Made by a program: the position numbers and the translations under genes. Shown piece by piece: positions 10,169-20,830 of a stretch of DNA of 64,000 nt (within the stretch, counting starts at the first letter, position 1; each line of letters starts with the position of its first letter). Under the pieces are notes generated by a model, which was not told the DNA's origin, made no database searches, and saw nothing but the letters and a program-made list of their open reading frames with translations. The DNA comes from Candidatus Kaiserbacteria bacterium (lineage in GTDB: Bacteria > Patescibacteriota > Minisyncoccia > Phycocordibacterales > UBA2100): assembly GCA_016217925.1 (NCBI GenBank), contig JACRFK010000003.1, forward strand, positions 78,925 through 142,924, written 5' to 3'.

Positions 10169-11257
10169 CTAGCGTGTGAATCCGATAGAGGCCACAGCTG
10201 CCTCAACGAGCTTCTTGATGTCCTCAAAACGTCCATTTTGGGAGGAATGCAAGACGACGGCGACGATCGGATGGGCCGGGCCCGCCTCAAAGACAACCGC
10301 AAGATTGCCGCCGGCGAGGCTCGTATAGCCTGTCTTCCCCATGATTATGCCGGGTATTGCCGGAAGCGCTTCATCGGTGTTGGCGGCGGTTACCGTCTCC
10401 CCTGTCGCCGCCCTGATCTTGAGAGTGTCGCGCGAGGTTTGCCCGAATATTTCGGGAGCGGTCGATGCCGCGTGTCCGAATAGGACGGCAACGTCGCGCG
10501 CGGAGCCATACGCGCCCGCTTGAGTATCGCTCATATCGAGACCATTGGTATTGAGAAAAAACATATGAACAAGCCCGAGACCTTTTGCGATATCGTTCAT
10601 GCGCCACAAGACAGCTTTGTCGGGGGTTGCCTGGGGATACTTAGAGAGCATCGCCCTCTCAGCGGCGGTGGAGAGAATTTCCGCACCTTCATTTGAGGAC
10701 GCGACGAGAGTGAAATTGATAAGTTCCTGCGTCGAGAATTGCAATCCTGCCGGTAGACGGACCGCCGCACCGTCCGGTGTCGTGTGCGGCGGAATGGTGA
10801 TGATATGGTCCGGCGGTAGAGCCTCTAAGACGGTAAGAACGAGGGGTACTTTGATAAGCGATGCAAGAGGTAGTTGCGCGTCGGAGTTCTTTGAATACAG
10901 GACTTTGCCCGTGGCGAGGTCGAGGACGTATGCGCTCTGCGCGATAAGTGACACTGTGGAGAAAGGATCTTCTTTTGCGGGAATTGCCGCACCCGCGGTT
11001 TGTGAGGCGGCAGAAACCGGATTTGTGCCGGATAAATAGGCAACGGTAAGAGAAGCACTTGCAAAGAACACAAGCACCAGCGCCGCAGCGCCCGAAAGAT
11101 ATTGCAACGAGAGGCGCGGGGCGCTCGCATGCTCCGGCAGAAGCGCGATGGGCTGCTCGAGGTGAAGCTCGGGCGAAGTCGGCGGTAACGATCCCGACCC
11201 CAAAGCATGTGCTGCCTCCGGCTTCGTGTCTTGCGGAGCCTTCTGGTCGTCCGTCAT
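10169..11257 (-). CDS. D-Ala-D-Ala carboxypeptidase (peptidase S11)
   Basis: ASLIK (SxxK), SSN, KTG motifs; N-terminal membrane anchor. Confidence 0.9.
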   Translation of the reverse strand: MTDDQKAPQDTKPEAAHALGSGSLPPTSPELHLEQPIALLPEHASAPRLSLQYLSGAAALVLVFFASASLTVAYLSGTNPVSAASQTAGAAIPAKEDPFSTVSLIAQSAYVLDLATGKVLYSKNSDAQLPLASLIKVPLVLTVLEALPPDHIITIPPHTTPDGAAVRLPAGLQFSTQELINFTLVASSNEGAEILSTAAERAMLSKYPQATPDKAVLWRMNDIAKGLGLVHMFFLNTNGLDMSDTQAGAYGSARDVAVLFGHAASTAPEIFGQTSRDTLKIRAATGETVTAANTDEALPAIPGIIMGKTGYTSLAGGNLAVVFEAGPAHPIVAVVLHSSQNGRFEDIKKLVEAAVASIGFTR

Positions 11258-11820
11258 ACGTGTTGCGTCTCTTGATCTGAGAGCTGTTCCGTCGGACGGG
11301 ATTCAAACGCCTTGAGCTCCGCGACGATTTCCGAACGATCCGGAAGTTCCGAGCGATCTCGGATACCAAGGTGTGATAGCAATTCGACGGTTGGACGATA
11401 CAGATACTCGCGTCCGTCCTCGGGGTTGCCTGTGCGCTCGACTAATCCCCGCGCAAGCAAGTTACGAATGGTCGAGCTCGTGTTCACGCCACGGATGTAA
11501 TCTATCTGCGAGCGGGTCGAAGGGCCCCGGTACAGCACTATGGCGAGTACTTCGAGTCCCGCGTCCCCAATTTCGCGACCAAGCTCACGCTCGAATGCTT
11601 TTTGGATGGCGGGAGAAGTGTCTTTGTCTACCACGAGGGAGGCTTCGGTGTCTGTCTCTATAAGAGTGAGCCCCGTGCCTTCAAGTCTGTTTTTCAGCGT
11701 ACTCAGCACCTCCGGTAACGCCGACTCTTTGATTTCCAAGAGTTGGGCGAGTTTGCGCAGCGTGAGCGCTCCACCCTCGCTAAAAAGAAATGCCTGCGCG
11801 CGTGCGGTGAGTTCGTTCAT
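11254..11820 (-). CDS. scpB: SMC-Scp complex subunit ScpB
   Basis: LEVLAIVLYRGPSTRSQIDYIRGVN; follows scpA. Confidence 0.92.
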   Translation of the reverse strand: MNELTARAQAFLFSEGGALTLRKLAQLLEIKESALPEVLSTLKNRLEGTGLTLIETDTEASLVVDKDTSPAIQKAFERELGREIGDAGLEVLAIVLYRGPSTRSQIDYIRGVNTSSTIRNLLARGLVERTGNPEDGREYLYRPTVELLSHLGIRDRSELPDRSEIVAELKAFESRPTEQLSDQETQHV

Positions 11821-11821
11821 A

Positions 11822-12547
11822 TCAGGTGCCATAACGCGGGGCGGTAGTATTCTCCAATTCAATAGTAATATCCTCAAAAAGGCGTTCTTGCGTGACACTC
11901 GCGCTGCCCGAGCGTACCAACTCAAGCATCGCTAGAAAATAGACTATTACCTCGTGCCTATCGCGCGACTTGGTCATCTCGCGGAAGGTCGTGCGTATTG
12001 CGCTCACGAGTCGCGTGCGTACGCTTTTTATCACATCTTCCAAAGCGAGAATAGGTGCAACTGCGGCCTGCGCAAGAGCTTCGGGCTTCGGCAAAATACT
12101 CACGAGCCGCATCGCGGCGCCTGCTACGGTCCCAAGTGCCGCGTTGCCGGGCCTGAATATGGGCTCTCGCAGTGGCGCGCGGTACGCAAGAAGAAGCGGG
12201 TTGCTCCCCCACGTTTTGCGTAAAAGCTTTGCTGATTTGCGAATTACCGCGTAGCGCGCGAGACGACGTTCGAGCTCCTGGACGGACTCGCGTTCATCGG
12301 AGGAAAGTTCGAGTGACGGAAGAAGCGCGCGGGATTTGATAAGCAAAAGCGTTGATGCGACCAAAATGAACTGCGCGGTCTCCCCCAAAGGAAGCTCAGG
12401 CAGTTTTTCCACATACGAGAGATACGCATCCGTCACTTCCGCGAGCGAGACGTCGGAAATGGACATTTTGCGGTCCTCTATCATGTTGAGGAGCGTCTCA
12501 AGCGGCCCTTGGAATACTTCCGTGCTGAGTGCAAAGCGTCCGGTCAT
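11822..12547 (-). CDS. scpA: segregation/condensation protein A
   Basis: FQGPLETLL, LLLIKSRALLP, FLAMLEL. Confidence 0.92.
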   Translation of the reverse strand: MTGRFALSTEVFQGPLETLLNMIEDRKMSISDVSLAEVTDAYLSYVEKLPELPLGETAQFILVASTLLLIKSRALLPSLELSSDERESVQELERRLARYAVIRKSAKLLRKTWGSNPLLLAYRAPLREPIFRPGNAALGTVAGAAMRLVSILPKPEALAQAAVAPILALEDVIKSVRTRLVSAIRTTFREMTKSRDRHEVIVYFLAMLELVRSGSASVTQERLFEDITIELENTTAPRYGT

Positions 12548-13941
12548 GATGCGGGTTTTGGTTTTATCTGGATGCCAAGCTCTGCGAGCTGTTCTCCTGT
12601 GAGTTCTTTTGGCGCTTTCATGACGGAGGTCTGGCCGCCGCGCGTCATGGGGAACGCCTGGACCTCGCGCAGCTGCGTTTCGCCCGTGAGATTCATGATA
12701 AGGCGCTCGACACCGAGCGCGATCCCACCGTGGGGCGGGACACCGAATTCAAAGGCTTTCAACATGTGCCCGATGCGCTCCTCGGTTTCTTCGGCGGAGT
12801 AGCCCATCGTTTCGTAGACCGCCCTCAGTATCTCCGGTTTGTGCGCGCGGATGCTGCCGCCGCCCGCTTCGTATCCGTTGCACACGAGGTCGTACTGGGT
12901 CGTGAGTATCTCTCCGACGTCCTTCTTTTCGAGAAGCTGCCCGATATGCTCGGGAATAGGCATTGAGAACGGGTTGTGTGTAAATGTCCATCCGCCTTCG
13001 GGAGTTTTCTCGAAGAACGGGAACCGGTGGACCCATGCGTATGCGAGAACACCGTTCTGTTTATCTTCCTCCGTTCGAAGGTCGAATTTGTCCGCCCCGA
13101 ATTTCTCCATCGCTTCGACGTACGTGAAGCGCGGAAACGGTTTTTCCTTGACGGTGTATCCCATCGCCTCGACGGCCTGCGTGACCATCGCTTCGACGGT
13201 ATTCATCACATCTTCTTGTGTGACGAACGACATCTCAATGTCTATTTGAGTGTGCTCGAAGCCGCGGTCCGCGCGGAGGTCTTCATCGCGTATCGCCCGC
13301 GCTATTTGGAAGTACCGCTCGAATCCACCGACCATGAGGAGTTGTTTGTACTGCTGAGGCGACTGCGGCAGTGCGTAAAATTTGCCCGGATGAAGCCGCG
13401 ACGGCACGACGAAATCACGCGAACCTTCGGGCGTTGATTCGGTAAGCAGCGGCGTCTCTATTTCGGTAAACATCTCGCCGAAGAGATATTCGCGGCATCG
13501 CCGGACGAGCTCGCTGCGAAGGCGGATGTTGCGCTGCATACGCTCCGAGCGCAGGTCGAGATAACGGTGCGCGAGCCGGGTCTCTTCTCCGATACCGGAG
13601 GTGTCCTCGTTGACCTCAAAAGGTACGACTGCGGCGGGGCTCAGTATTTCTATCGCCTCGATAAGAAGCTCGATGGTGCCGTTCGTCTTTCCCGGCTGTG
13701 CGTTTTTCTCCGGCCGGGCTTGCACTGTGGCCGTAACCGCAACGACGCTCTCCCGATTCGTCTCTTTCGCGGTCGTTATCGCAGCGCTTCCGGGTGTCAC
13801 GAGGCCCTGCACAGTGCCCGTCATATCGCGGAAATCAAAAAAGACCATCTTGCCCTGGTCGCGGCGTACCGATACCCAGCCCTTGATAAGGACCGACTCC
13901 CCTACGTGCTCTGCCAAATCTTTGATGAATGTTCGCTCCAT
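12544..13941 (-). CDS. aspS: aspartate--tRNA ligase (short form, GAD insertion domain absent)
   Basis: RYLDLR, TPEGSRDF, ALPQSPQQYKQLL, RDEDLRADR, PPHGGIALG. Confidence 0.93.
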   Translation of the reverse strand: MERTFIKDLAEHVGESVLIKGWVSVRRDQGKMVFFDFRDMTGTVQGLVTPGSAAITTAKETNRESVVAVTATVQARPEKNAQPGKTNGTIELLIEAIEILSPAAVVPFEVNEDTSGIGEETRLAHRYLDLRSERMQRNIRLRSELVRRCREYLFGEMFTEIETPLLTESTPEGSRDFVVPSRLHPGKFYALPQSPQQYKQLLMVGGFERYFQIARAIRDEDLRADRGFEHTQIDIEMSFVTQEDVMNTVEAMVTQAVEAMGYTVKEKPFPRFTYVEAMEKFGADKFDLRTEEDKQNGVLAYAWVHRFPFFEKTPEGGWTFTHNPFSMPIPEHIGQLLEKKDVGEILTTQYDLVCNGYEAGGGSIRAHKPEILRAVYETMGYSAEETEERIGHMLKAFEFGVPPHGGIALGVERLIMNLTGETQLREVQAFPMTRGGQTSVMKAPKELTGEQLAELGIQIKPKPAS

Positions 13942-13942
13942 A

Positions 13943-14884
13943 CTAAATTGTTACGCCGACTTTTTGCCGGACGTCTGCCATTTTCTTTTCCGCTTGCTCA
14001 CGCGCTCTGTCGCCGCCGTCTTTCAGTATTGCCTTTACATTCGCGTCGGTGATGCCCGCCCGCCTCTCCCGCATCGGGGCGATGACCTCCTCGATATCTT
14101 CGACGAGAGCATCTTTGAGGGCTTTGTATTTTCCTTTGTTCTCTTTGTACAGATTGGCCAAGCTGTCACCGCTCCGGAAGAGCCGGTGGATGTTGTAGAC
14201 GTTCTCAGGGCTCTCCCCGCTCGAATCGGTGACTATGCTCATGACCGCCTTTTGGATCTCATCCTTTGAGCCGAAGAGCGGAATAGTGTTGCCGTAGCTC
14301 TTGCTCATCTTTTTGCCGTCGGTGCCGGGGACGACCGCTACGGCGTCGAGAATCTTCTCTTGCGGTGCTTTGAAGGTCTCGCCGAACGCGATATTAAATT
14401 TCGTCGCCGCCTCGCGCGCGTATTCCACGTGTTGCTTCTGGTCGGCGCCCACAGGCACGATGTCGGTGTCGTAGAGCAAAATATCCGCCGCCATGAGCAT
14501 AGGGTACGTGAAGAGTCCTGCGTTGGCGTCGAGACCTTTTGCCACCTTATCCTTATATGCGTGCGCCTGCATGAGGAACGGCACCGTGACGAGGCAGTCG
14601 AATATCCACGCGAGCTCCGTGTGTTGCAGGACAGACGACTGCTGGAAGATAATCGTCCTTTTGGGGTCCACTCCGACAGCGACGTAATCGCGGACCACGT
14701 CGGTAATATTTTTCCGCAGACCATTCGTGTCTTTCAAGGTCGTAAGGGCGTGATAATCGGCAATCATCACCAATCCGTCGGCATCTTTGAGCAATTCTAC
14801 GGTTTGCTTCAAGGCGCCGAGATAGTTGCCGATATGAAGAGCCCCGGAGGGCTGCAAACCTGTAAAAAGCCGTCTTTGCGCCAT
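13943..14884 (-). CDS. trpS: tryptophan--tRNA ligase
   Basis: QPSGALHIGNY, YPMLMAADIL, KMSKS. Confidence 0.96.
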   Translation of the reverse strand: MAQRRLFTGLQPSGALHIGNYLGALKQTVELLKDADGLVMIADYHALTTLKDTNGLRKNITDVVRDYVAVGVDPKRTIIFQQSSVLQHTELAWIFDCLVTVPFLMQAHAYKDKVAKGLDANAGLFTYPMLMAADILLYDTDIVPVGADQKQHVEYAREAATKFNIAFGETFKAPQEKILDAVAVVPGTDGKKMSKSYGNTIPLFGSKDEIQKAVMSIVTDSSGESPENVYNIHRLFRSGDSLANLYKENKGKYKALKDALVEDIEEVIAPMRERRAGITDANVKAILKDGGDRAREQAEKKMADVRQKVGVTI

Positions 14885-14983
14885 ATGGGCTGTATTCTAT
14901 CAGAGATATGTACCTCTAGGTATGCACAATTCCGTTAAGTCACCAGGAGAAATGGTATCATTGCTTCGCGGCAAATAATATAT

Positions 14984-15727
14984 ATGGTCGAGTTTATTGG
15001 CGCATACTTTCAAAATCAATTTTTCTTCTACCTCATTGCGCTACTCGTATCGATATCTTCGAGCGCGTTCGGTGTAAGCGGAGCCGTGCTCATACCGCTC
15101 GCCGCTCTCTACTTCGGGCCGAAGGAGGCTGTTGCAATCACGACTCTCTATTTTTTGTTCCAAAATGTCACGAAGCTAGTATTTTTCAAGGAGCATATTA
15201 AGTGGGCGGTTGCATCGCGTATGACACTATGGGCGCTGCCCGGGGTGGCGTTAGGGGCGGCGCTGCTGGTGTACCTGCCTGCCGACCTCTTTGGGAAAAT
15301 TCTCGGTGTAGGCATGATTGCGTTCGTGCTCGGCGATGCGTTGAAACTTCGGTATCGCGGTGAGCAGGTCGCGGTTCCAGGGGCGATGCCTCTATGGGGA
15401 GTTCTCTACGGCATCTTTTCCGGCGCGTTGGGTAGCGGCAATCTGGTTAAAGGGCCACTCTTTTTGAGCATGGGCCTCCTTAAAGAGTCATACGTTGCGA
15501 CATATGCTGCCACATCACTCTTTATGAACATCCCCAAAATCGGCATTTATGCGTTTTCGGGCATTATTACGGTTACAATACTTATACAGTCCATACCCTT
15601 TCTTGTTATTGCGATAGTCGGGTCATGGACCGGAAAGAAGGTGCTCGGATACGTCACGAATGACATTTTTTATTACGCGGCCGTGATAGTATGTGTTGTG
15701 TCAGCATTGGGATTAATTCTGCGATAA
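14984..15727 (+). CDS. TauE/SafE-like membrane exporter
   Basis: About 8 TM helices with repeated Gly-rich motifs (FGVSGA, FSGALGSG). Confidence 0.7.
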   Translation: MVEFIGAYFQNQFFFYLIALLVSISSSAFGVSGAVLIPLAALYFGPKEAVAITTLYFLFQNVTKLVFFKEHIKWAVASRMTLWALPGVALGAALLVYLPADLFGKILGVGMIAFVLGDALKLRYRGEQVAVPGAMPLWGVLYGIFSGALGSGNLVKGPLFLSMGLLKESYVATYAATSLFMNIPKIGIYAFSGIITVTILIQSIPFLVIAIVGSWTGKKVLGYVTNDIFYYAAVIVCVVSALGLILR

Positions 15728-15742
15728 GCACTCATAGATATT

Positions 15743-17107
15743 ATGAAAATGCGAGAATTTCCTGTTCAAGAAAAGAGATCGGCCCTTCAGCAGGTCGAGG
15801 CGGCTCTCGGTCAGCCTTTATTCAAAGGAGAAGTTACCGATTCCTTCCTGGAAAATTCGACTGAGTATTTCAGAAAGTGGCACAAACCAAGATTACGAGT
15901 TGCATTGGAGACTTTGCACTTGCTCAAAGAATCGCAAGGCGGAGATGCATCGCCCGGGGTACAGCAGCGGCTTCGTACGCTGCGGGACGTAATGCGGGCG
16001 GGTCAGGACGTTGAGCCGCACACAAAAATCGAAATTGCAGGTCATCAAATTAAGGTCGTTTCATCGAATATCCGTAGAAATGATCTCTCCTGGGAGGGTC
16101 TCTCTCTTGTCGAGACCGGCGTCGGACATGAGGGCGACGTCGCATTGGCGGAAGTAGTGGATCCGACAGGTTCTACGAAGAAGATCGAAAACATATACGG
16201 GAGGGACGAGGGGCTCGTAAAGGGCGACAAGGTCTTGGTAGTCTTCGGTCATAGGCATACCGGCACGTCTGAGTACGGCGGAATTCCGGGTGACGGCTGG
16301 GATTTGAATGCCGAACGAGAAGTCGATCTTCTTGCTCACGGAGGCATCGTGGGGAAAGCAGAGTCCATACCCGCGCGAATGGGCCAGCGTGCGACTAAAC
16401 TGAGAGTTCTTGGCCTCCTTGCGAAGGGAGATACTCCGCTGAATCTGCGTGACCTCTTCCCTCCGTGGGAAAATGCATTGAATTCGTCCGCGCCCATCAT
16501 AGCCTTCTGCGGTACGGGCGCTGAAGTCGGGAAAACTACGACTGCGTCCGCGCTGATCAGAGAATTGAAATCCCGCGGACTGAAGGTCGCCGCGACAAAA
16601 GTGGCCGGGACGGGGCGTTACCGCGACCTGTTAGCGCTTCGAGATGCAGGCGCAGACACGTTCCATGATTTTCCCGAAGTCGGTCTGCCGTCTACGTACA
16701 CGACACCGGAGCGCTATATCCCAGCAATAAAGACTCTTATCAACAAATTAAACGAGGACGAGCCCGATATCATTGTCGCGGAGTTCGGCGGCGACATCAT
16801 AGAAGCAAACATCCCCTCCTTTTTCCAGGATGCCGAATTGCGGTCAGCGGTGAAAGCGATCATACATTCATCCGGCGATATCATGGGAATGGAAGGGTCG
16901 CTCGAACATTATCGCGAGTGGGGGTTGAGTAGCGTTCCGACCTTTCTTACGCAGCCGAAAGAGAGAAACCCCTTGGGAACCGAAACAAGGGTTAAGGAAC
17001 ACATAGGCCTTCCGCTCTTTGACTCGTTAAATACCGCACAAGTGAGCGACGTGGTAACTCAAATAGAAACTGCTATCCTCCAACAGGAAGCTGACAGAAA
17101 GGCGTGA
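15743..17107 (+). CDS. DUF1611-like P-loop protein
   Basis: GTGAEVGKTT, ATKVAGTGRYRD, EFGGD. Confidence 0.65.
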   Translation: MKMREFPVQEKRSALQQVEAALGQPLFKGEVTDSFLENSTEYFRKWHKPRLRVALETLHLLKESQGGDASPGVQQRLRTLRDVMRAGQDVEPHTKIEIAGHQIKVVSSNIRRNDLSWEGLSLVETGVGHEGDVALAEVVDPTGSTKKIENIYGRDEGLVKGDKVLVVFGHRHTGTSEYGGIPGDGWDLNAEREVDLLAHGGIVGKAESIPARMGQRATKLRVLGLLAKGDTPLNLRDLFPPWENALNSSAPIIAFCGTGAEVGKTTTASALIRELKSRGLKVAATKVAGTGRYRDLLALRDAGADTFHDFPEVGLPSTYTTPERYIPAIKTLINKLNEDEPDIIVAEFGGDIIEANIPSFFQDAELRSAVKAIIHSSGDIMGMEGSLEHYREWGLSSVPTFLTQPKERNPLGTETRVKEHIGLPLFDSLNTAQVSDVVTQIETAILQQEADRKA

Positions 17108-17109
17108 TT

Positions 17110-18249
17110 TTATAGAGACGCTCCGAGTGAACCGAGACGTTGCATAAAGGCCCACTTAGTTTCAGAGGGCGTGCGCGTCGGGCGTGCAAGATCAGGACGG
17201 ATATCAAGATTAACGCGTATCTCAAGCAGCGCGGGGCCGTGCACTGTTTCAAGTTCGGCAAGCGCGGCCTGAAGGTCTGTTAGCTGTGAGACTGACCTCG
17301 CGAAGCGATAGCCGCATCCGAGGGCTATGGCCACGAAGTCAACTTCAAAGCCGAGCGTCGGTTGGCCGCCAACTGATTCGTGCGCGCCGTTATTGAAGAT
17401 TATGTGCCGATACGTCCGTGGAGCGAATTGTCCAATCGCCGCCCAAGCACCGAGATGCATCAATGCCGCGCCGTCCCCATCAAAGCAATATACGGGACGC
17501 GTAGGTTGTGCAAGGGCGATACCGAGCGCTATCTGAGACGCATGCCCCATGGCCCCGACGGAAAGAAAGTCCTGCCCGTGGTCGCCCGCCTTGGCCCGCA
17601 TTGCGAACAACTCTTGAGAAAGCTTGCCCGTCGTTGAAATGGTAACCGCGGCTCTGGGCAAAGAAGAAACACATACGGCAAGTACGGCCTCACGCGAGAG
17701 GGGGTACTGGCACGGCCTTTTTCGTACAGGAGGTTCTTTGGTGAACGTTTTTGCTCTCACAACAAGCGCCAGAGGTCTGCCCTCTTTGGCTGCGCGCTTA
17801 TACAGTTCAGCCGCCAACTGCGCTGCAGTTGACTCATCTTCCGGAAGGATTTCACTTGGAATTCCAAGCGCGTTGAGTAACGGAATGGTGGCGGGACCTT
17901 GCGCACAGTGTTGCGGCTCATCTGCGACCCCCGGTTCACCACGCCAGCCGATGATAAGAAGCATGGGGATACCGTACACGGCGGGATCGACAAGTGACAA
18001 AAGCGGATTGATTGCGTTGCCAAGCCCGGAGTTCTGGAGATATACCACTGCCGGTCTGCCGGTTGCGAGAAAATGCCCCGTGGCGAGTCCGACGGCACAC
18101 CCTTCGTTTACAGCTATGATATGTGTGCTCGGGTCGCACCGGTTCGCGATATAAGAGCAAAGATCTTTAAGGAGCGAATCAGGCACGCCGGTGAAGAATT
18201 GTGCGCCCTGATCCCTCAGTGCGTCAAAGATCGCTTCAGGGCGTACCAT
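17110..18249 (-). CDS. aepY: phosphonopyruvate decarboxylase
   Basis: GVPDSLLK, YLQNSGLGNAINP, GWRGEPG..DEPQH, GDGAALMH (TPP motif), HESVGGQ; adjacent to PEP mutase. Confidence 0.93.
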   Translation of the reverse strand: MVRPEAIFDALRDQGAQFFTGVPDSLLKDLCSYIANRCDPSTHIIAVNEGCAVGLATGHFLATGRPAVVYLQNSGLGNAINPLLSLVDPAVYGIPMLLIIGWRGEPGVADEPQHCAQGPATIPLLNALGIPSEILPEDESTAAQLAAELYKRAAKEGRPLALVVRAKTFTKEPPVRKRPCQYPLSREAVLAVCVSSLPRAAVTISTTGKLSQELFAMRAKAGDHGQDFLSVGAMGHASQIALGIALAQPTRPVYCFDGDGAALMHLGAWAAIGQFAPRTYRHIIFNNGAHESVGGQPTLGFEVDFVAIALGCGYRFARSVSQLTDLQAALAELETVHGPALLEIRVNLDIRPDLARPTRTPSETKWAFMQRLGSLGASL

Positions 18250-19165
18250 ACTTCTTGTGGTCGATAAGCGTCAAGACATCTTGAATGGGCATGCAGTATT
18301 TCTGCGAGGCTTCAGCAGAGCGACCGTGCATCAATATTTCTTCCGCCACTTTTACCATCACCGGATATGCACTTCTCAAAAGGTGATTAGCATAGATGAC
18401 GATCTGCACCCCCGCTTTCTGCAGCTCCCTCTCTGTAATGGAGTTGTATGTGCTTGGAACCGCGACTAGTGGGACCCGCCTCTTCAGCTTCGCGTATCGC
18501 CTGCAGAACGCCAGCACCTCATCTGGATTCGTTTCTCTGCTGTGAATCATGATACCGTCAGCCCCTGCAGCAATATAAGCCTGAGCGCGCGTTAGCGCAT
18601 CGCTGACTCCCTTACCCGCTATCAAACTCTCAATTCTTGCAATGATATAGAAATCACGGGTCACTTGTGACCTTTTGCCGGCGCGGATTTTAGCGCAAAA
18701 TGCCGGTACTTCTTCAAGATCCTGATCGACGGTCGTGCCAAAAAGCGAATTCTGTTTTAATCCGCGTTTGTCCTCAATGATAACGGCCGAGACGCCGAGA
18801 CGCTCGAGAGTACGCACAAGGTACGGGAAGCGCTCCGCAAGACCGCCGGTGTCACCGTCATAGATGACCGGCTTAGTCGTCACCTCGAGGATGTCGTGGA
18901 GTGTGTTGAATCGGGAAGTCGAGTCCACTAGTTCGATATCCGGCTTTCCTTTCGCGGTGGAGTCGGTGAGACTCGACAACCACATAAAATCGAATTCCTT
19001 GCGCTTGCTTCCCGTTGCGACAAACGTATGCTCTACAATAAGTCCCGTGAGACCACTGTGTACCTCGATGCCGCGGATGAGCGGCTTCAAGGCAAGAAGA
19101 CGCCGCATCTGCTTAAGGCGTTGATTTGGTGTCGTGCCGGCCCTCCTGCGTGTCTCGTTATGCAT
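18236..19165 (-). CDS. aepX: phosphoenolpyruvate mutase
   Basis: Diagnostic EDK-X5-NS motif (EDKRGLKQNS), DGDTG, ARIES, YANHLLR. Confidence 0.94.
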   Translation of the reverse strand: MHNETRRRAGTTPNQRLKQMRRLLALKPLIRGIEVHSGLTGLIVEHTFVATGSKRKEFDFMWLSSLTDSTAKGKPDIELVDSTSRFNTLHDILEVTTKPVIYDGDTGGLAERFPYLVRTLERLGVSAVIIEDKRGLKQNSLFGTTVDQDLEEVPAFCAKIRAGKRSQVTRDFYIIARIESLIAGKGVSDALTRAQAYIAAGADGIMIHSRETNPDEVLAFCRRYAKLKRRVPLVAVPSTYNSITERELQKAGVQIVIYANHLLRSAYPVMVKVAEEILMHGRSAEASQKYCMPIQDVLTLIDHKKYGTP

Positions 19166-19472
19166 ACTCTATTGAGAAGACGTTGCCGTAGCAAGGCCGT
19201 ACATGGTCCGGTTAACACTTAAAACGGCGGCGATATCGCCTCCTGCGCTCACTCTATTTCCCAGCTCCTGACAGCTCATTTTGCCCGATAACGGCGAGGT
19301 CTATCTGTTAAGCGATAAGGCTAGCACCAAGACCTGGAATTGCAAGCTCCTGGCCCACAGGCTGGGGATGAGAATTAGACGGTGTAAGAAAGAACATAAA
19401 ATGCCCCTTTGCTTGCACCGTACGGTTCCGACTATATAAGGACACCCCCGCCTTTCGGCGAGGGTGTAACAT

Positions 19473-20726
19473 CTAGCACATCGATGACAGGTATTGTTGC
19501 CACCGCGGCGCCCTGATGATGGGAAGTTGGATGGCGTCGGGCGCTCCGTGGACGATCTCCTCGGGGCGACCGGTCATCTTCATTCCGGCGATGCCACCCT
19601 GGGTTGCATAGACCGTCAGACGCAAGTAGTACGATCTGACGACCCGTTTGTTGCCGGCGAACACGACGACAGGAATTGGCTCTTGCGATACTTCCTGTTG
19701 TGCGACCCAAAGCGGGGTCCGTGCCCGCCCTTCCTCGGCGACCGTCTTCTGGAACGAAGGTTCGTTCGACTGCCGGACGATACCTTTGCTACCGGACGAA
19801 TGCGCGGATTTTAAGATGATCCGCTCACCCGTCCTCGGCCTCGAGAAGGTGCAGTCGGCGATGTTGCCGGTAAGAAGGGCCGTAGCAGGGATCGACCCGT
19901 TCACACGCTCTTGTGAAGCGAGGAACGGGAGGAACGCCTTTGACCCCAGGTACGCCTTGGGCGGGTACAGTGTCCTCACAGACCGGGCACGGTACTCCGC
20001 CAAAAGGTGCTCGCGGACCCCCGGATGGCGGTCCAGCGATTCCGGGATTGCCAGGAGGTGAAGCGGTCCGTCTCTGCACTTGAGCAGCGACGGATTATGT
20101 GCCGCCTCCTCTTCGCCCAGGAGCCTGACGGAGGTTCCCATCTTAGCAAGGAGCGAGGCGAGCGTTTCGTACGCTGCTCTGTAGCACCGCTCCTTCTCGG
20201 AAACGACGATAGTCCATTGCCGGTCGTTGCCGAGCGTCGCTGCGAGGTGCGATACCACGCAGTAGGCGGGCTCGTGTAGCCCGTACTTTGCAATCGCATC
20301 CACGAGCGCGATTACACCGAGCGGGCGGAGATTGTACGTGTCGACTTCGACGGCGTGCCAATTCCCCGCGGCATCCCGTACCATGTCGAGCTTGACGATG
20401 GGTGGGATGTCAGTCGCGCGGTCTTCCCCCGGCTGCAAGAGGCCGTGTGAGGCACTTCTTGCAAGTCGGAGAAGCTGCGACTGACGGTGGTCGATCCGCC
20501 GCAGACGCGGTAGGGCGGCGAGCGTAGTCTCGAGCTTCCCAACGGCCGCGTACAGCGCCGTCGATTGCTCGATCAGCTGCCGTTCTTCCCGCAGCACGTA
20601 GGCAGACGGGGTGAGGACGCAGGCGTGATGCTCGCGCCTCGCGGCAGTTCCCCAGTAGCCGATACTTGTCAGACAGTCTTCGACCTGCCTCGCGGTGAAG
20701 CCGAGGTCGAGCGTGTGCGAAGTCAT
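19473..20726 (-). CDS. divergent ATP-grasp-like ligase (glutathionylspermidine synthase / circularly permuted type)
   Basis: KLDMVRD...AVEVDT, SKAFL, ILKSAHSSGSKGI, WVAQQEV. Confidence 0.6.
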   Translation of the reverse strand: MTSHTLDLGFTARQVEDCLTSIGYWGTAARREHHACVLTPSAYVLREERQLIEQSTALYAAVGKLETTLAALPRLRRIDHRQSQLLRLARSASHGLLQPGEDRATDIPPIVKLDMVRDAAGNWHAVEVDTYNLRPLGVIALVDAIAKYGLHEPAYCVVSHLAATLGNDRQWTIVVSEKERCYRAAYETLASLLAKMGTSVRLLGEEEAAHNPSLLKCRDGPLHLLAIPESLDRHPGVREHLLAEYRARSVRTLYPPKAYLGSKAFLPFLASQERVNGSIPATALLTGNIADCTFSRPRTGERIILKSAHSSGSKGIVRQSNEPSFQKTVAEEGRARTPLWVAQQEVSQEPIPVVVFAGNKRVVRSYYLRLTVYATQGGIAGMKMTGRPEEIVHGAPDAIQLPIIRAPRWQQYLSSMC

Positions 20727-20830
20727 CGTGAGTTCCTTTCTCCGGGTGAGTTAAGCTGAAAAGATCTTGATGCCTCTCGGGCATCGCGCTACCTGTTTGC
20801 TGTGCAGGCAGTGCGGTGCTCGCGCGGTAT

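Noticed and set aside
10745-10760. cctgccggtagacgg in the carboxypeptidase gene as another coding palindrome
   Set aside because: It is a single imperfect instance with no second copy in the window.
11254-12547. scpA/scpB without smc as a novel condensin or defence system
   Set aside because: smc is commonly unlinked to scpAB, so its absence cannot be judged from this window.
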